A stretch of DNA of 64,000 bases from Betaproteobacteria bacterium Ga0077526. Lineage in GTDB: Bacteria > Pseudomonadota > Gammaproteobacteria > Burkholderiales > Ga0077523. How positions within the stretch are numbered: position 1 is the stretch's first letter; every line of letters starts with the position of its first letter. A program made the position numbers and the translations under genes. Shown piece by piece: positions 18,742-27,980 of the stretch. The stretch lies in contig LNDV01000038.1 of assembly GCA_001464765.1 (NCBI GenBank), positions 128,311 to 192,310 on the forward strand, given 5' to 3'. The notes under the pieces were generated by a model. That model was not told where the DNA came from. It saw only the letters and a list, made by a program, of their open reading frames with translations, and searched no databases.

Positions 18742-18758
18742 TGCAAGTATCCTGCCGA
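18742..18758 (-). promoter_or_regulatory. sigma54 (-24/-12) promoter for the lipoprotein-RTX operon
   Basis: Minus strand TCGGCAGGATACTTGCA has exact GG-N10-GC spacing and TTGCA; ~45 bp upstream of ATG 18699. Confidence 0.65.
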
Positions 18759-19185
18759 TCCGGGCACGGATCGAGGCCGGAGAAACCCCCGCGCGAACCC
18801 GGATCGCGATTCGGCACGATGCCCTTCAACCACCGAGGCGGGTGGCGACTTGCGCTACTGTGAACGGAGGGCGTTTCCCCGGTGCGCCCAGGGGGCATGC
18901 GGCACCAGTCGCGTAGCGTCAGAGGCGCCGACAGCGATGAGCATGGTGCGCGACCCGACCGAACTGCGCACTCGTCGGTTCGGCACTCATCGGGGCAAGC
19001 CCCCAGAGCCGAACCCGCGGCCGGATGCCCTCCCTGTGTCGGCGCGGGAATCGATCATGCTCCAGCAGCCCCAGGTCACGCCACGCGGCTTGACCACCAT
19101 TCGAAACTGCGGGCGAGCGGGTGCGTAAGACGCGAAGCACCCGACCGGATGGACACCCGAGAAGACAGATTCGCGGCACGACAGG

Positions 19186-19202
19186 TGTCGGCCTTCTTGA
19201 CA
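19186..19202 (+). promoter_or_regulatory. enhancer-binding-protein site (TGT-N11-ACA), PrsR-like
   Basis: TGTCGGCCTTCTTGACA, 17 bp, ~53 bp upstream of a sigma54 element in front of a PEP-CTERM gene; a related copy TGTCGGCGCCTCTGACG lies on the minus strand at 18917-18933. Confidence 0.55.
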
Positions 19203-19253
19203 TTCCAGTACGGACATCGGGCGCGGACGCTTTCCCGTCAATGAGTTCCGTCC

Positions 19254-19270
19254 CTGGTCCCGCGATTGCT
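19254..19270 (+). promoter_or_regulatory. sigma54 (-24/-12) promoter of the PEP-CTERM gene
   Basis: CTGGTCCCGCGATTGCT has GG-N10-GC with TTGCT; 44 bp before ATG 19314. Confidence 0.7.
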
Positions 19271-19313
19271 GTCTCTCGGAGATTCCGACTCTTCCGGACA
19301 GAGGCCCCAACCG

Positions 19314-20132
19314 ATGAGACCGACCAGAACCCTCCTGACGCTCGCCCTCCTGTCCTTCGCCGCGTCCGCCCAGGCGGCAGATCCCGTCCCCGTCGCGACC
19401 TGGAGCTTCAACAACACGCTCGCCGCGGACGAAGCCGGCGTCCCGGCCCTCACCCCGATCGATCCGCTGGGCAGCAACGGGTTCCTGCTGGACGATGTGT
19501 TCGGAGAGTCGCGCTGGGTATACCGGTTCGACGGCAACGCTTCCGACGTGACGGAGCAGGCCGGACTCGTCGTTTCCGCCGCAGGGCTGCTGGACAACGA
19601 CGATGCCTATTCGGTCGACATCGTGTTCCAGTTCGAAGCGAATGAGGCTTCGTGGGAGAACATCTTAGGGGTCTCCAATCGCCAGAGCGACAACGCCTTC
19701 TATGTGTCGCCCGGCAATCAGCTCCAGGTCTGGCCGACTTCGACCGGGCCGTCTTTCTTCACGTTCGGCGAATACCACCGCATCACGCTCACCAACCGGG
19801 GCAACGGCACGGTGACTGCCTATCTGGATGGCATCCTCCAGTTCGACCTCGACACCCAGTCGATGGATTTCAGCGCCTATGCCGCGGACAACCCGGAGCG
19901 ACTGATCCATTTCTTCGCTGACAACGTCGCCGGTGGCGGTCAGTTCGAGTTCGCGGATGGGCGCGTCGCGCTGATTCGGCTCTATGACATCGAACTCACC
20001 GAGACGGAAGTCGGCGGTATCGATGTGCCACCGCCCCCGGTGCCGGAGCCCGGCACAATGGCACTGATGGGGGTCGGAGCCCTCGGGATTGCTGCGATGG
20101 TGCGGCGTCGCCGGGGAGCCACGTCGCACTGA
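19314..20132 (+). CDS. PEP-CTERM sorting-domain protein with LamG/concanavalin-like domain
   Basis: Sec signal (..AASAQA), YHRITLT...TAYLDG...VALIRLYDIELT LamG-like pattern, C-terminal VPEPGTMALMGVGALGIAAMVRRRR. Confidence 0.92.
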   Translation: MRPTRTLLTLALLSFAASAQAADPVPVATWSFNNTLAADEAGVPALTPIDPLGSNGFLLDDVFGESRWVYRFDGNASDVTEQAGLVVSAAGLLDNDDAYSVDIVFQFEANEASWENILGVSNRQSDNAFYVSPGNQLQVWPTSTGPSFFTFGEYHRITLTNRGNGTVTAYLDGILQFDLDTQSMDFSAYAADNPERLIHFFADNVAGGGQFEFADGRVALIRLYDIELTETEVGGIDVPPPPVPEPGTMALMGVGALGIAAMVRRRRGATSH

Positions 20133-20153
20133 GTCGGACTCGGTTCACGACCG

Positions 20154-20185
20154 AAACGGGGCGCCTTGGCGCCCCGTTTTCTTTT
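20154..20185 (+). terminator. rho-independent terminator
   Basis: AAACGGGGCGCC-TT-GGCGCCCCGTTT followed by TCTTTT; between convergent genes. Confidence 0.85.
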
Positions 20186-20210
20186 GCGGCCCCCGCGACC
20201 CGTAGCTGCG

Positions 20211-20654
20211 CTACTTCACCTCGATGGTGGCGCGCATACCGGCCTCCGTGTGCGTTCGTGTGGACATCACGTCGTCGAATCGACCAGTTCGGATCGGGAT
20301 AAACCACCATTCCGCGACTCCACCGGGTTTGAGTTCCATGCGACGTACGGGCCCGTACACCTCGGCAATCGGCGCCCCGTCCGGACCCACTACCATGACC
20401 TTCCGCGAGTACACCGCGTCAGCCAGACCCTGTGAACCGAAGTAATAGGCGTTGCGACTTGCGTTCTCCAGGCGCAATGCGTATAGCTTTCCGGTCTCGA
20501 AGCTGAGCGAGTCCGGCGAGAAGCGGTGCTCACCCTGCGCGTTTCCCAGCGTGAGGGTCACGACGATCGGCTCCTGCTTCGTGAGGTCACCGGCGGCCTG
20601 GACACTGGCGGGTCCGGATGCAGCGAGGGCAATGGCTAGCAAAAGCGGTTTCAC
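20211..20654 (-). CDS. exported cupredoxin-like protein with degenerate copper site
   Basis: GTG 20654 behind GGAG; signal peptide; [21 protein letters not shown]...[10 protein letters not shown]...[13 protein letters not shown] cupredoxin-like pattern; C-terminal part of track ORF 20211..21374. Confidence 0.75.
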   Translation of the reverse strand: MKPLLLAIALAASGPASVQAAGDLTKQEPIVVTLTLGNAQGEHRFSPDSLSFETGKLYALRLENASRNAYYFGSQGLADAVYSRKVMVVGPDGAPIAEVYGPVRRMELKPGGVAEWWFIPIRTGRFDDVMSTRTHTEAGMRATIEVK

Positions 20655-20897
20655 GGGAAAGTCTCCGGGGTGAGGGATCGACTCGCATGCTCGTGGGATT
20701 CTCGCGGCGACCAGTTTCCAGACCGCCGCATGCTTTCGGAGTTCCCGATCGTGCGTCCCGGCGCACGTTTCGCCACGGCGCCATTTGCGATAATCGGCCC
20801 CCTCGTCCCGGAATTCCCGGGCGCCCCGCCGATCCATGCTTCGGTCCGCGGGCACGCACGGCCGGGCCCCATTTTCCCCACCTTGGAAACCACGACC

Positions 20898-21707
20898 ATG
20901 GCAGCAGACGTCATCGACTATCAGATCTTCGGCGAAGAGATGCAGTACGTGGAGATCGAGCTGGACCCCGGCGAGGCCGCGATCGGCGAGGCCGGTGGCA
21001 TGTTCTACATGCAGGACGGCATCTCGCTGGACACCGTCTTCGGCGACGGCACCCAGCAGGGCGGCATCTTCGGCAAGCTGATGGGCGCCGGCAAGCGGCT
21101 GCTCACGGGCGAGTCGCTGTTCATGACCATCTATTCCAACACCGGTAACGGCAAGCGACGTCTGGCGTTTGCGGCGCCCTACCCCGGCACCATCATCCCC
21201 ATCAACCTCGCCAAGATGGGCGGTCAGTTCATCTGCCAGAAGGATGCCTTCCTGTGCGCGGCGCGCGGCGTGTCCGTGGGCATCGCGTTCCAGAAGAAGC
21301 TGGGCGTCGGCTTCTTTGGCGGCGAGGGCTTCATCATGCAGAAGCTGGAAGGCGACGGCCTCGCATTCGTCCATGCTGGCGGCGCGCTCATGAAGAAGGA
21401 ACTCGCCCCCGGCGAACTGCTGCGCGTGGACACCGGCTGTCTCGTGGGCCTGCAGCCCTCGGTGGACTACGACATCGAGTACGTGGGCAAGATCAAGACG
21501 GCGCTGTTCGGCGGCGAGGGGATGTTCTTCGCCACGCTCCGCGGCCCGGGCACGATCTGGCTGCAGTCGCTTCCGCTCTCGCGGCTTGCCAGCCGCATCT
21601 TCGCGGCGGCGCCCCAGATGGGCGGCTCCCGTGAGCAGGGCTCCATCCTGGGCGGCATGCTCGGCGGCGCGGCCCTCGGGGGCCTGCTCGGCGGCGACGA
21701 CGAGTGA
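20898..21707 (+). CDS. TIGR00266 / AIM24 family protein
   Basis: [48 protein letters not shown]. Confidence 0.9.
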   Translation: MAADVIDYQIFGEEMQYVEIELDPGEAAIGEAGGMFYMQDGISLDTVFGDGTQQGGIFGKLMGAGKRLLTGESLFMTIYSNTGNGKRRLAFAAPYPGTIIPINLAKMGGQFICQKDAFLCAARGVSVGIAFQKKLGVGFFGGEGFIMQKLEGDGLAFVHAGGALMKKELAPGELLRVDTGCLVGLQPSVDYDIEYVGKIKTALFGGEGMFFATLRGPGTIWLQSLPLSRLASRIFAAAPQMGGSREQGSILGGMLGGAALGGLLGGDDE

Positions 21708-22789
21708 GCGACGCCGCAGGCATCGGATCGCGTTTCCGGGGCCGGCTGTTCGGTCCCGGCCTCGCGTCGGATGGCGTCGAGGTGCCTTTTTCCGCCTCGG
21801 CGCTCGGGCTCGCCATCGACCACGAACCGCCGGTCGACGTTCCGTCCTGGTCCGGCGTGCGCTGGCGGAACGGCGGTTTCAACAACTCGCAGCTGTTCTT
21901 GGAATGGCCGTCCGATGCAGGAGGCTATTCGCTCACGGTCTCCGACGAGTCGGCCAAGGCCGCCCTGCTTACGCACCTGAAGGCGGGGCAGCAGCACGTT
22001 CACACGGTCTCCCGAGGCACCCGACGGGCATCCATCGGCCTTCTGATCACCCTAGTGGGTGTGCCGCTCCTGCTGCTCGGGCTGTTTCTTTCGCAAACAG
22101 ACCGAATCGTCGACTGGGCCGTGAGCCGTATCCCTGTGGACACCGAGATCAAGCTCGGACGCCAGGCGTTCGCGCAACACAAGGCCACGCTGTCCATCGA
22201 GGACGATCATCCGGCACTGCCCATGCTCCGCGAGCTGGGTCGCAAGCTCACACAGGGCTCGCCCTATCCCTACGAGTTCTACATCGCGAAGGACGCGACG
22301 GTGAATGCCTTTGCCATGCCGGGGGGCTTCGTCGTGTTCCACTCGGGGCTGCTCGCCAAGGCCGACAGTGCGGAGGAGGTGGCGGGAGTGCTCGCCCACG
22401 AGATCCAGCACGTCGAACGTCGCCACGGTCTGCGCGGTCTGGTGCATTCGGCCGGGTGGCAGGTGATCCTGTCGCTGGTACTCGGTGAGGCAGGGGCATC
22501 CATGGCCGGCACCTGGGCCGCGAACCTCGGGGCGCTGCAGTTTTCGCGCTCGCAGGAGAGCGAGGCGGATGCCCTCGGGGCCACACGACTGATGACCTTC
22601 CAGATCGACCCGCGTGGCATGGCCACGTTCTTCCGCAAGCTCGCGAGTGAAGGCTCCAACGTCCCCACGCTGCTATCCAGCCACCCAGCGAGCGAAGATC
22701 GTCTACGGGCGGTGGAGGCCATGGTGCCTGCCGGCACCACCTTTCCCGCCCTGCCCTATGACTACGCCCGACTGAAGGGGTCGCCGTGA
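21704..22789 (+). CDS. M48 family zinc metallopeptidase, membrane anchored
   Basis: [14 protein letters not shown] (HExxH), [14 protein letters not shown]; one TM helix; GTGA overlap with the upstream gene. Confidence 0.9.
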   Translation: MSDAAGIGSRFRGRLFGPGLASDGVEVPFSASALGLAIDHEPPVDVPSWSGVRWRNGGFNNSQLFLEWPSDAGGYSLTVSDESAKAALLTHLKAGQQHVHTVSRGTRRASIGLLITLVGVPLLLLGLFLSQTDRIVDWAVSRIPVDTEIKLGRQAFAQHKATLSIEDDHPALPMLRELGRKLTQGSPYPYEFYIAKDATVNAFAMPGGFVVFHSGLLAKADSAEEVAGVLAHEIQHVERRHGLRGLVHSAGWQVILSLVLGEAGASMAGTWAANLGALQFSRSQESEADALGATRLMTFQIDPRGMATFFRKLASEGSNVPTLLSSHPASEDRLRAVEAMVPAGTTFPALPYDYARLKGSP

Positions 22790-23319
22790 CGATCGATCTC
22801 GCCCGGTTCATCCGCACGATCCCCGACTACCCGAAGACCGGCATCCTGTTCCGGGATATCACGACGCTTATCGCCGATGGTGCCGCGTTCCGCGAAACCA
22901 TCGACCGCCTGGCCGCTCGCTGCGAGTCGCTGGGTGCCAGCAAGGTGGCGGCGATCGAGTCACGCGGCTTTCTCTTCGGCGCGCCGCTGGCTGCAGCGCT
23001 CGGCATCGGCTTCGTGCCGATCCGCAAGCCGGGCAAGCTGCCGGGCAAGGTGATCGCGCAGGACTACAGCCTGGAGTACGGGCAGGATCGCGTGGAGATG
23101 CACGTCGACGTCATCGCGCCGGGGGAGAAGATCGTGCTGGTGGACGATCTGATCGCGACGGGCGGCACTGCGCTCGCGGCGCTCGCGCTCATCCGCAGCA
23201 CCGGTGCCGTAGTGCAGGAATGCCTGTTCGTGGTGGAGCTTCCCGATCTCGAGGGCCGACAGCGCATCGAAAGCGAAGGCGTACCCGTCCATTCGCTGGT
23301 GCTTTTCGAAGGGCACTGA
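22786..23319 (+). CDS. apt: adenine phosphoribosyltransferase
   Basis: IPDYPKTGILFRDIT, IESRGF, RKPGKLP, YSLEYG, LVDDLIATGGT (PRPP motif). Confidence 0.96.
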   Translation: MTIDLARFIRTIPDYPKTGILFRDITTLIADGAAFRETIDRLAARCESLGASKVAAIESRGFLFGAPLAAALGIGFVPIRKPGKLPGKVIAQDYSLEYGQDRVEMHVDVIAPGEKIVLVDDLIATGGTALAALALIRSTGAVVQECLFVVELPDLEGRQRIESEGVPVHSLVLFEGH

Positions 23320-23370
23320 CGGCCGGACCCGAATCGCAGGCCCGGCCGAGTTGCAGACGGGACTGCGTGA

Positions 23371-23850
23371 TTACTTGAGGTCGTCCTTCACGGCGTCGAG
23401 CGACGCCTGGGCGCAGATGCCGTCCTGCTCCGCGGTCGCGCCGCTCACGCCGATCGCGCCGATGTGCTCGCCGCTGCCGGTCTTGATGGGAATGCCGCCC
23501 TCGAAGGTCACGAGGCCGGGCACGTGGGCGATGCCGGGGATGCGCTGCGCGATCTCGCCGAGGAACTTGGAGGGGAACGGAAAGCTCGCGGAGGTATTGG
23601 CCTTCAATTGCGCGATCTGCACGCTGCCGAGGAAGGAGCCGTCCATCCGCTCGAAGTACTTGAGGTTCGCGCCGTCATCCAGGATGGCGATGTTCATGCG
23701 CCAGCCTTCGGCCTTGGCCTTGGCGACGCAGGCGGCTGCCATCTTGCGAGCCGTGTCGATGGTGAGGACGGTCTTCTTCTCCTGCGCGAACGCGGAGGAC
23801 GAAGTCACGGCAGCGATGAGAAGCGAACCGGCGATGAGAGAGAATTTCAT
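23371..23850 (-). CDS. exported GlcG/HbpS-family heme-binding protein
   Basis: Signal peptide MKFSLIAG...AFA; AILDDGANLKYFERMDG, KANTS, GGIPI, IGAIGVSG...QD. Confidence 0.87.
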   Translation of the reverse strand: MKFSLIAGSLLIAAVTSSSAFAQEKKTVLTIDTARKMAAACVAKAKAEGWRMNIAILDDGANLKYFERMDGSFLGSVQIAQLKANTSASFPFPSKFLGEIAQRIPGIAHVPGLVTFEGGIPIKTGSGEHIGAIGVSGATAEQDGICAQASLDAVKDDLK

Positions 23851-23951
23851 GGGCGATCTCCGAAGACGTTGAGGACGAAGCGAGCCGACGGCTCGCGCGG
23901 GCTGCAACGATAACAGCATATGGTGGACAATCCGGCGACGACCTCGTTCGA

Positions 23952-24737
23952 TCACATTACGCCCAGGATCCAGCCCTCGCAGTTCGCCACGGCACGCTCT
24001 GCCTCGGTGAGGGGCGGCTCCCAGAACCGGCCGAGCGCATCGCGGGCTTCCATGTCCTGGAGCCAGCGGGCCACGGCATAGGCATCCTGCTCGTCGGCCG
24101 TCCGCCCTGCCCGCGGATAGCGGCGCCGCGACAGCGAGGGGTAGACCTCGGCGATCACCGAGACGTCCCCAGGGGGACGCCAGCCGTCGAACGGCCACCA
24201 GAACAGCCGGTCACCACAGGCCTGCCGCAGCCACCGCAGCCAGGGAAGCCCCGCGTGCGTGGAGGTGGCCACCGAACCCTGCACATCGAACTGGAACACA
24301 CTCTTGGCGGAGGACGTCCACTGCTCGCACAGCCGGAACTCGGTGTTGCGGCCGGTTCGGCCAGCGAGGCCCGCAGCGGTTCCCTTGGTGCGTCCCTCGC
24401 GGACGTCGCGAACAGCTACGCCTGGGTCCGCCGTGGGCCAGTGGCGGCTGAAGTCATCGAGGAATTCCGGCCAAGCGTGCAGGCCAACGCGCCGGAAGTA
24501 GGCGATCGGAAAGGAGAACCCGTGGTCGACGCCGATAAGGACCCGCCGGTCGCCGGAAACGAGCTCCCGCAGATACCCGGCGAGGTCCCGTCGCGCCCAG
24601 TGCCGGCCGGTCCGGGGTGGTGTCCGTTCCGGCTCGCGGCCGGGCAGCGCAGAGTACATCTGCAGGCCGGGCAGTCGTGCTTCCGGATGCGCGGCGCCGG
24701 AGTAGTCGACACCCACGGTCAGATCGAACGATTTCAT
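23952..24737 (-). CDS. DUF429-like predicted RNase H-fold protein
   Basis: GVDYSGA, IGVDHGFSFP, FWWPFDGW, AEVYPSL, DEQDAY, EGWILG; start trimmed to ATG 24737. Confidence 0.65.
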   Translation of the reverse strand: MKSFDLTVGVDYSGAAHPEARLPGLQMYSALPGREPERTPPRTGRHWARRDLAGYLRELVSGDRRVLIGVDHGFSFPIAYFRRVGLHAWPEFLDDFSRHWPTADPGVAVRDVREGRTKGTAAGLAGRTGRNTEFRLCEQWTSSAKSVFQFDVQGSVATSTHAGLPWLRWLRQACGDRLFWWPFDGWRPPGDVSVIAEVYPSLSRRRYPRAGRTADEQDAYAVARWLQDMEARDALGRFWEPPLTEAERAVANCEGWILGVM

Positions 24738-24924
24738 GTGGAGCTGGTCTGTCCTGAGGTTGCCGGAGTGACCGCGGAAGACCTGGACAACCTGTGCATT
24801 CACGAAGATTGTCCAGGCGTCCCCGGATGGCAGGCGCGGTACTATCAGCCTATATTCCGAGATCCAGTGCCCGTGGCCGGCGGATTCGTCCCCGGGCCGG
24901 TGCCGTCCCTCCCTGGAGACGCCG

Positions 24925-25647
24925 TTGAGCACAACCAATCGAATAGTGCCAGTTCCCTCGCCTGCTGAGTCCGCAGCGTCCAGCGCTTCGGCACGCATCC
25001 GGCGACGCATCGAGATTGCCGGGCATCGCTACCATGCCAACGACAACATCGCCAAGTTCATCGAGGACCCGAAGGAACTCGACGCCCTCGAGGATGAAGT
25101 AGCGGAGCGCATGCAGGAAGTGCTGGAAGCGCTCGTCATCGACACGGTGAGCGACCACAACACGCAAGGCACCGCCCGTCGCGTAGCGCGCATGTTCCTG
25201 AACGAAGTGTTCCGCGGCCGTTACCAGGCTGCGCCCAACGTCACCGAGTTTCCGAACGTGGAGCGCGTCAACGAGCTGATGATGATCGGGCCGATCACGG
25301 TGCGCAGCGCGTGCTCGCACCATCTGGTTCCCATCATGGGCAAGCTGTGGATCGGCGTGCTGCCGAGCGAGCGATCCAACCTGATCGGCCTGTCCAAGTA
25401 CGCGCGTCTCGCGGACTGGGTCCTGAGCCGCCCGCAGATCCAGGAAGAAGCCGTGATGCAGCTCGCGGACCTGCTGGAAACCCGTCTGGAACCCGATGGC
25501 CTGGCGATCGTGCTGGAGGCCGACCACTTCTGCATGCAGTGGCGCGGCGTGAAAGACGACACGCAGATGACCAACAGCGTGATGCGAGGCGCTTTCCTCC
25601 ACAACCCCGAGCTTCGACGCGAGTTCCTGCAACTGTTGCGTCGCTGA
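24925..25647 (+). CDS. folE: GTP cyclohydrolase I
   Basis: SACSHHLVP, IGLSKYAR, RPQIQEE, HFCMQWRGV zinc ligands; TTG start with GGAG RBS. Confidence 0.94.
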   Translation: MSTTNRIVPVPSPAESAASSASARIRRRIEIAGHRYHANDNIAKFIEDPKELDALEDEVAERMQEVLEALVIDTVSDHNTQGTARRVARMFLNEVFRGRYQAAPNVTEFPNVERVNELMMIGPITVRSACSHHLVPIMGKLWIGVLPSERSNLIGLSKYARLADWVLSRPQIQEEAVMQLADLLETRLEPDGLAIVLEADHFCMQWRGVKDDTQMTNSVMRGAFLHNPELRREFLQLLRR

Positions 25648-25654
25648 GCGAGCC

Positions 25655-26626
25655 CTATTCCAGGCGGATGCCGGCAGCGTTGATGACTTGAGCCCAGCGC
25701 TGGCTCTCGTTGGAGACGAACCCGGCAAACTGCCCGGGCGCCGCACCGAAAAGCTCCACGCCGCCTTCCTCCAGCTTGCGTGCGACATCGCGCTGGCGGA
25801 GCGTCTCATCCACCGTGCGGTACAGGAGCGTCACGACGTCCATGGGCGTCTTGGCCGGCGCGACGATGCCCTGCCAGGCAAAGGCGTCGAACCCCTTGAT
25901 GCCGGACTCGTCCAGCGTCGGCACCTGAGGCAACGCGGCAAGACGCTGGCGGGTCGTCACCGCGAGCGCCTTGAGGCGATTGCCGCTCATGGCACCTCGC
26001 ACGGTCGGCAAGTCCAGAATCGCGAACGCCAGGCGTCCGCCGATCAGATCCTGAAGCACAGGGGCAGCCCCGCGATACGGCACATGCTGTGCGGACGCCC
26101 CCAACTGGCGCAGGTAGAGTTCCGTGGCCAGATGGTGCGGCGAACCCAGACCGGGGCTGCCGTAGTCCAGCTGCCCGGGACGGGCGCGGAGCTGCGCAGC
26201 CAGATCGGCGACGGACTGAATCGGGCTGTCCGCGTTTACCACGACCACCAGAGGAATTCTCGCCACCCGCGCCACCGGCATGAGATCCCGCTCGGGATCG
26301 TACGGCAGCTTCCGGTACAGACTGCGATTGGTCGCGAGGGTGGCGGTGTCCGCCAGCATCAGCGTGTGGCCGTCGGGGTTGGCCCTGGCGAGCACCTCCG
26401 CCGCGACCACGGTCGTCGCGCCCGGCTTGTTGTCGATCACCACCGACTGTCCCAGACGCGCCGACAGGTCCGCGCCGAGCGTGCGGGCGATGAAGTCGGT
26501 CGCGCCACCTGCCGGGTAGGGAACGAGGAGCCGGATCGGTCGGCTCGGAAACGTGCCGCCTAGCGCCGTCCGGACCGACAACGGGGCCGCGAGGGCCCCA
26601 AGGATCAGCGCGCGACGGGAGATCAC
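25655..26626 (-). CDS. Bug/TctC tripartite tricarboxylate transporter substrate-binding protein
   Basis: Twin-arginine-like SRRALI leader; FPSRPIRLLVPYPAGGATD, DNKPGA, HVPYRG; GTG 26626 overlaps the hmgA stop. Confidence 0.92.
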   Translation of the reverse strand: MISRRALILGALAAPLSVRTALGGTFPSRPIRLLVPYPAGGATDFIARTLGADLSARLGQSVVIDNKPGATTVVAAEVLARANPDGHTLMLADTATLATNRSLYRKLPYDPERDLMPVARVARIPLVVVVNADSPIQSVADLAAQLRARPGQLDYGSPGLGSPHHLATELYLRQLGASAQHVPYRGAAPVLQDLIGGRLAFAILDLPTVRGAMSGNRLKALAVTTRQRLAALPQVPTLDESGIKGFDAFAWQGIVAPAKTPMDVVTLLYRTVDETLRQRDVARKLEEGGVELFGAAPGQFAGFVSNESQRWAQVINAAGIRLE

Positions 26627-27762
26627 GACGGGGTCTCGACCTTTCGGCGCCACGAGTCCACGTAACGCGTCTGCTCCACCCCTTCGGGCATCGGCTCGAT
26701 CTCGACCGGGAAACGCGTGTCGATCATCACGGCGACCTCGTCCGTCTCCTTGCGGCCGGACTTGGCACCGATATCGAAGGCCTTGGGATGGGGCCCGTGT
26801 GTGAAGCCGCACGGATGCACGGTCATCATGCCGGGGTGGATGTTGTCGCGCGAGAAGAACTGTCCGCGGTGGTAGAAGATGATCTCGTCGTAGTCGTCGT
26901 TGTTGTGGAAGAACGGCACCTTCAGCGCACCGGGATCGGACTCGATCGGTCGCGGGCAGAAGGTGCACACCACGAAATTCTTCGCGACGAAGGTGGTGTG
27001 GGCCGAGGGTGGCAGGTGGTAGCGATGGCTCATCAGCGGCCGGATGTCGCGCCAGTTCACGCGGGCCACGCAGAGGTCGCCATGCCAGCCGACGGCATCC
27101 AGCGGGTTGAACGGGTACGCGATGGTTGCCACACGCCCGCGACGCTTCACCCGGACGCGAGTGGGCTGGTCGCCCTGCTGCGCGCGGAACGCGTCGTCGA
27201 TCTTCGGCGTATCGATCACGGCCGGATCGAAGATCGCATGGGGGCCGACGATGCCCTTCTCCGGGAGCTGGTAGGAACCTTCGGTGGCTTCCACCAGCAG
27301 CATCACGGTGGGTTCCGCCGGTTCGATGCGCCACATGGTGCCGCGCGGCAGCACGACATAGTCCCCGTCGCGGTAGCGTAGGTGACCCCAGTCACAGTAA
27401 AGCGATCCCGAGCCTTCGTGGACGAAGAGCAATTCGTCGCCGTCGGCATTGCGCACGAGGTGCGGCATCGGCGCGGACGTGCGCCAGATGCGCACCTGCA
27501 CATCGCCATTGCCGAGCACCTTCGCGGCCGCCCAGGGATCCTCCCCGTCGGACGGCAGCAGGTTGAGGTCGAACGCCTGCGGCTGCAGCGTACCGTCGAA
27601 GCTCACCCAGTCCGTCGGGCGATGGCGGTGATGGAAATGGCAACTGGGACCGAAGAAGCCCTCCTTGCCCATCTCGCGCTCGTATGTGCCTTCCGGCAGG
27701 TCGGCGTGGGCCTGTCGGGAGTACTCCCCTTCCGCCCTCGGGTAAGAGATCCATCGCTTCAT
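26623..27762 (-). CDS. hmgA: homogentisate 1,2-dioxygenase (short, 379-aa type)
   Basis: YEREMGKEGFFG, RNADGDELLFVHEG, PFFHNNDDYDE and HGPHP iron ligands. Confidence 0.88.
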   Translation of the reverse strand: MKRWISYPRAEGEYSRQAHADLPEGTYEREMGKEGFFGPSCHFHHRHRPTDWVSFDGTLQPQAFDLNLLPSDGEDPWAAAKVLGNGDVQVRIWRTSAPMPHLVRNADGDELLFVHEGSGSLYCDWGHLRYRDGDYVVLPRGTMWRIEPAEPTVMLLVEATEGSYQLPEKGIVGPHAIFDPAVIDTPKIDDAFRAQQGDQPTRVRVKRRGRVATIAYPFNPLDAVGWHGDLCVARVNWRDIRPLMSHRYHLPPSAHTTFVAKNFVVCTFCPRPIESDPGALKVPFFHNNDDYDEIIFYHRGQFFSRDNIHPGMMTVHPCGFTHGPHPKAFDIGAKSGRKETDEVAVMIDTRFPVEIEPMPEGVEQTRYVDSWRRKVETPS

Positions 27763-27980
27763 GGGTCGAGTCCTCCTTCGCTGCGATCGTCCACGCCCGC
27801 CCTGGCGATGGCCAGCGCCTCGCGCAGCACGGCGAGATCGCCGATGTGATTGGAAAGCAGCAGCACGAGCCGTGCGTTCAGCAGTGTGCTCTGCCCGTCG
27901 TCGAGGCCGGCGTGCGCATCGATGAGCGACTGATAGAAGTCGTCAGGCTGCGCGAGATTGGGTGCCGTCGTGAGTGTCAT
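27759..27980 (-). CDS. DUF2783 small protein (possible hydroxylase coupling subunit)
   Basis: PNLAQPDDFYQSLIDAHAGL...LNARLVLLLSNHIGDLAVLREAL. Confidence 0.85.
   Translation of the reverse strand: MTLTTAPNLAQPDDFYQSLIDAHAGLDDGQSTLLNARLVLLLSNHIGDLAVLREALAIARAGVDDRSEGGLDP

Noticed and set aside
23952-25647. DUF429-like nuclease fold next to folE as a possible 7-deazaguanine DNA-modification or defence locus
   Set aside because: No queC/queD/queE, dpdA/tgt-like or restriction genes in the window; the genes are divergent and folE is adequately explained as housekeeping
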